The position numbers and the translations under genes were made by a program. From Octopus bimaculoides (lineage: Eukaryota), in contig NC_068982.1 in assembly GCF_001194135.2 (NCBI RefSeq), positions 67,915,464-67,955,377 on the forward strand: DNA of 39,914 bases. Direction: 5' to 3'. Under the pieces are notes generated by a model that saw only the letters and a program-made list of their open reading frames with translations, was not told the DNA's origin and searched no databases. This document shows, in pieces, positions 35,491 through 39,914 of the stretch. Within the stretch, counting starts at the first letter, position 1; every line of letters starts with the position of its first letter.

Positions 35491-36737
35491 AATCCACAAA
35501 AATAAATGTATATATATATATGCATATGTGCAAGTGTGTGTGCATGTGTGTGTATGTGTGTGTGAGAGAGAGAGAGACAGAGACAGAGAGAGAAATTCGA
35601 TACAATGTAAGAAATTCCATAGTTATCCCTGCTGGATATTATTTGAATAACTTCGATTTAGAGGTTTTAGGACATGAGAAACAAAAACAAAAAGTGAAAT
35701 ATATCTAACTGCATGTAGTTAATGTGGACATACAGTATAAGAGGAACCTTTTCACTTCTTCACAACTCAAATCCTAAAATCTATTTTATAGCATGGCTAC
35801 ATCAAGTTCAAGATTTCTCCAGATCGAAGTATACCTTTTAGGTTTCATGTCCCTATATTCTATAGAGCATATAACAGTACTGTAAAAGTGAAGTTTCCAG
35901 TTACACAGACATTGTAGATAAGTGTTTCACAACCATTTGTATCTCAGTGTCTCGTTCATCTGGATGGTCTTGTACAAGACTCCTTTCTTTATGATTTGCC
36001 AAGAAAATAAACGTTAAAAATCATTATTTTAATCAACCGGAAGTTATTTTTTTCTTATTTTACTCTATGTAGAATAGATATTTGTGTAAGGCAAATATTT
36101 ATATTGGTCACAGATGTCTCTCATAACCCAATCTTTCTAGTATTTTTATTCTACACCCGACAAATTATTTTAATGTGCTTAAAATATAAGTATTAAACTT
36201 GGTAAAAATACTTTATTCCTACGGAAAAACCTGACCTTTCTAAATACCCTGTAATTGCATAGCACGTCCTTGAAACATACCATTCATCGTGAGCTTACAA
36301 TACTTCCATATATAGGGGTTGTTTCCTAGATTAAGACCCACAAATGAAGACTCCATCCAAAGAAAACCATCTTGTTAAATGCCATATTTCTTTCACCGGT
36401 TTGTAAGATCGACAAACCCACAGCGCAGTATAATGCAACTCTACTTTTTTCTGCTTGAAACTTCGTCCCCTTTGAACTCTTGCCTCCTATTCTATGTTGT
36501 TAATACAAAGATGAATATGAATATGAATTACATCGATTTTGGCAGTGTAGGAGGTTATACAAATATTCATCTCAAATTTTGGTATAAGGTCATCATATTG
36601 GGGGAAAGGGCAAATCGATTACTTTCAAATCCTTGTATCTGAGACGGGGTAGCTATCAAGATAATGTCCTATGTTTTCTATGCGAGATGGCGAGTTGATC
36701 TCTCTCTCTCTCTCTCCCTTTATATATATATATATAT

Positions 36738-36768
<31 letters not shown>

Positions 36769-37292
36769 TTCTTTTATTCTTTTACTTGTTTCAGTCATTT
36801 GACTGCGGCCATACTGGGGCACAGCTTTTAGTCTAGCAAAATAACCCCAGGATTTATTCTTTGTAAATCTAGCATTTATTGTGGTGGTCTTTTGCCGAAC
36901 CGCTAAGTTTACGGGGACGTAAATACAGCACCATCGGTTGTCAAACGATGTTGGGGCAACACACACACACTAACATATACACGTACATACATACATACAT
37001 ACATACATACATACAGCAGGCATATATAGCAAGTATCGACAAGTCCTCGGTCTTACATCAATTGTGTAACAGATGGAGGATTAGACGGCTACACCAGCAT
37101 CCAACAGGTACTCATTAGAGCAATAGAAAATGAAGTACTTTCCTTCAGGACATAACTTTCTGTCTTGTCTAGGAATCGAACTCATCACCTTAACATCGTG
37201 AGCCAATCAACACTAGCACCAGGACACGTGCTAATGATTTTCGGTGCTCTAATATGTTTCTAACTACCGTCTGTTAACTCGGTGAAAATGTT

Positions 37293-37510
37293 CCGTTCTA
37301 CTCTAGGTATGAGGCCCGGAATTTGGGGGGAGGGGCCAGTCGATTAGATCGCAAGTCAATTAGAAACCAACTGGTACTTAATTTATCGACCCAGAAAGGA
37401 TGAAAGGTAAAGTCGACCATGGCGGAATTTGAACTCAGAACGTAAAGACAGACGAAATACCGTTAAGCACTTCGGCCGGCGTGCTAACGTTTCTGCCAGC
37501 TCGCTGCCTT
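37293..37510 (-). mobile_element. tRNA-derived SINE inserted in the gene 4 upstream region
   Basis: Well-preserved A/B-box head, flanked by an imperfect duplication gtgaaaat(g/a)tt; absent at the homologous sites upstream of genes 2 and 3. Confidence 0.85.
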
Positions 37511-37832
37511 GACTATGTGAAAATATTGATCATATACTTGTTGCGCTCGTCTTCCCTTAATATTGAGAGATATAGTGAAAGATATCAAAATGGTTCAACG
37601 TACATTTCCAATGATTAAGAAATAGTACCTTTTATAGTCTAAATAATATAATCAATTAGATTTGGTCGTAAAACACTTAATCTGTAATCAGCAGATGTTT
37701 CAGCAATATATGCAATATAAGCTGTGCAGAGATTTCTTATTAATGCACGATGGTGCAGCAAAGGATTAATAAATCTGCAACCAAACACGCGCACGACTTG
37801 AGAATGTTGCAAAACAATGACAGAATCAATGA

Positions 37833-37874
37833 TATAAAATGATATAAATGTGAGATGAAACAGACAAGTCATTT
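37833..37874 (+). promoter_or_regulatory. Tandem TATA boxes plus Inr-like element of gene 4
   Basis: TATAAAA at 37833, TATAAAT at 37843 (52 nt before the ATG) and TCATTT at 37869-37874. Confidence 0.65.
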
Positions 37875-37894
37875 CACCATCGAGATTTTTCAAC

Positions 37895-38215
37895 ATGGTC
37901 AAAGTTGTCTGCGTAATTTATGTAGTCCTCCTGGCTGGACTTCTGGAAAGTTGTTTTGCAAGAAGTGCAATTTTCAATGGAGATACCGAAGGTGCTGATA
38001 ATGCTTTCTCTCTAGAAAAACGAAGGGAAATTTTGTATGAAGATTATTTGTCTGCAAATGGGCGTGCGGGAGGCGCTGGTGATGACTTATCTCCAGAAAA
38101 ACGTTCTGTATCACGAAGGTGCCGTTGCTCTCCAGAGAGGGCTGGACAACGACCAATTTCAGGACCACCTATACAATGCACATGCATTCGAGTGATTTCT
38201 CGACTTGGAACATGA
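37895..38215 (+). CDS. Secreted prepropeptide (cluster gene 4, 106 aa); predicted mature SVSRRCRCSPERAGQRPISGPPIQCTCIRVISRLGT
   Basis: Same signal and spacer architecture as gene 3, EKRR and EKR sites, CxC-X16-CxC cargo, TATA at 37843 and Inr-like TCATTT at 37869. Confidence 0.92.
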   Translation: MVKVVCVIYVVLLAGLLESCFARSAIFNGDTEGADNAFSLEKRREILYEDYLSANGRAGGAGDDLSPEKRSVSRRCRCSPERAGQRPISGPPIQCTCIRVISRLGT

Positions 38216-39091
38216 CGCTTCAGGAAAAGAACGTTGTCCTCGATTTTCTGACATAATTTAACCTTCTGAAAGTCTTTAAAAGATATCGTATACAATGAAA
38301 TTTTTTATGGCTTTATTTTTTAATATACGGATAATGCAAAGCTGATATAGATAAGTACAGAGATATTTTTAGATTTTCTTTCTAATAATTTTGTATTCTT
38401 ATATTACATATTGTCAGGCCACTATAGAATATTTTCGTCGATATATAAAATTAATATACCATGCAAAAATTACATTAAAAAAATAAGCCAAGGGCTTTTG
38501 TAATGAAGCTGTTATGCAGTTCATTAATCATAGAAGTCTCTTTCAAAAGCCTACTAGGAACATATGTTGCTCCGAGTAAATATTCTTCCAAGTGCCTAAA
38601 ATCTCAGCTTTGAAAAAAAAAAGGTTTTGAAACAGCATTTTCACTAGTTTGTGTTCCACATTGTATTAGATTCCAAGATATATTTGTAAATCATTTATAT
38701 ATTTGTTAAGTGCTTAGTTGTCACCTGATGATTAGTTACGAATCGGAGTATCTATCAAGATAGTTTCTTATATTTTCTATGCGAAAAAGTGAGTTCATCT
38801 ATATATATATATACATATATGTGTGTGTGTGTGTTTATGTGTATAAACATATACATATATATATATATATATATANNNNNNNNNNNNNNNNNNNNNNNNN
38901 NNNNNNNNNNNNNNNNNNNNNNNNNNNNNNNNNNNNNNNNNNNNNNNNNNNNNNNNNNNNNNNNNNNNNNNNNNNNNNNNNNNNNNNNNNNNNNNNNNNN
39001 NNNNNNNNNNNNNNNNNNNNNNNNNNNNNNNNNNNNNNNNNNNNNNNNNNNNNNNNNNNNNNNNNNNNNNNNNTATATGTATATGTATATG

Positions 39092-39149
<58 letters not shown>

Positions 39150-39914
39150 GGAACGTCAATCATTTCACTCTCTCTACCTTTATCTATTTGTCTCTTTCTC
39201 TCTCTAATTTTCTGTTTCTTTTTCTTTTATTTCATTTTCTTCTCTTCCCCTATTTCTCCCCACCTCCACTTGTTCATCACTATTTTTTTTTCCTTTTCTT
39301 TCTGTAACAACTAAATTGTATAAGCATACACCAGGAGATTTGGAGCGCGTGCGTGTGTTTGCGTGCATACATATATATGTATTTGTATATATTTATGTTT
39401 TGCCTGTATATGCCTGTATTTGTATGTCGCCATGTACTTACGTCTGTAGGTTTAGTGTATATATACGTATTTTATAGATTGTTTGGCATGTGTATCTATA
39501 CCAAGGTATACATCTATTTTAGCGATTTTAGCATGAAGATTTTTTTAAGCGGATACATATTTTTATTTATTAATTTATTATTATTTTTACAGCTAATTAT
39601 TTACCCTGAATATTCAGGCCTTTTACCTTCTTCATAAGTTATTTTTGATCTAAGGTTCTCTTCGATTTTTATAACATGTTTTAAAACCGCAATTTGTTAT
39701 TTCATGCAACCGGTTATTGTTGAAAGGACCGATGAAACAAAACCATTTCAAATTTGTATCTATCAAAGTAAATGTATTTCTGTATATAACTTGATCTTGA
39801 TCCATTCTAAACAAAACTGTCCGACGAACGGGAACGTGAAATTCAGAGTGTCAGTTTTTGTGATATTTTTGTTGCTTTTTAATAAAGTATATGTGTGTGT
39901 GTGTGTGTGTGTGT

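Overview
AT-rich, microsatellite- and gap-rich eukaryotic DNA; the SINE families and the peptide gene family point to an Octopus genome (inference). There are no prokaryotic features. The main signal is a co-oriented (+) tandem cluster of four short, apparently intronless secreted prepropeptide genes (CDS 3214-3516, 13536-13811, 34105-34437, 37895-38215). Each has a TATA box 52-57 nt upstream of the ATG, a 22-aa signal peptide, two spacer modules ending in basic cleavage sites, and a hypervariable C-terminal cargo. Gene 1 closely resembles the octopus posterior-salivary-gland (venom) tachykinin precursor as recalled from the literature, but its tachykinin slot has decayed to DAHSDDEYMSLT-ER. 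Genes 2-4 keep the scaffold register but carry different cargos: a Cys-free cationic amidated 19-mer and two CxC-X16-CxC peptides that I do not recognise. The cluster grew by segmental duplication marked by shared decayed transposons. It is embedded in mariner (D34D), rosa-type (D41D), Penelope, CR1-like, HERO-like and R4-like elements and tRNA-derived SINEs. Also present are a Penelope-type hammerhead ribozyme motif in an inverted repeat and a ~540-bp foldback containing tRNA-like heads. All homology calls come from reading motifs by eye and from memory, not from database searches.
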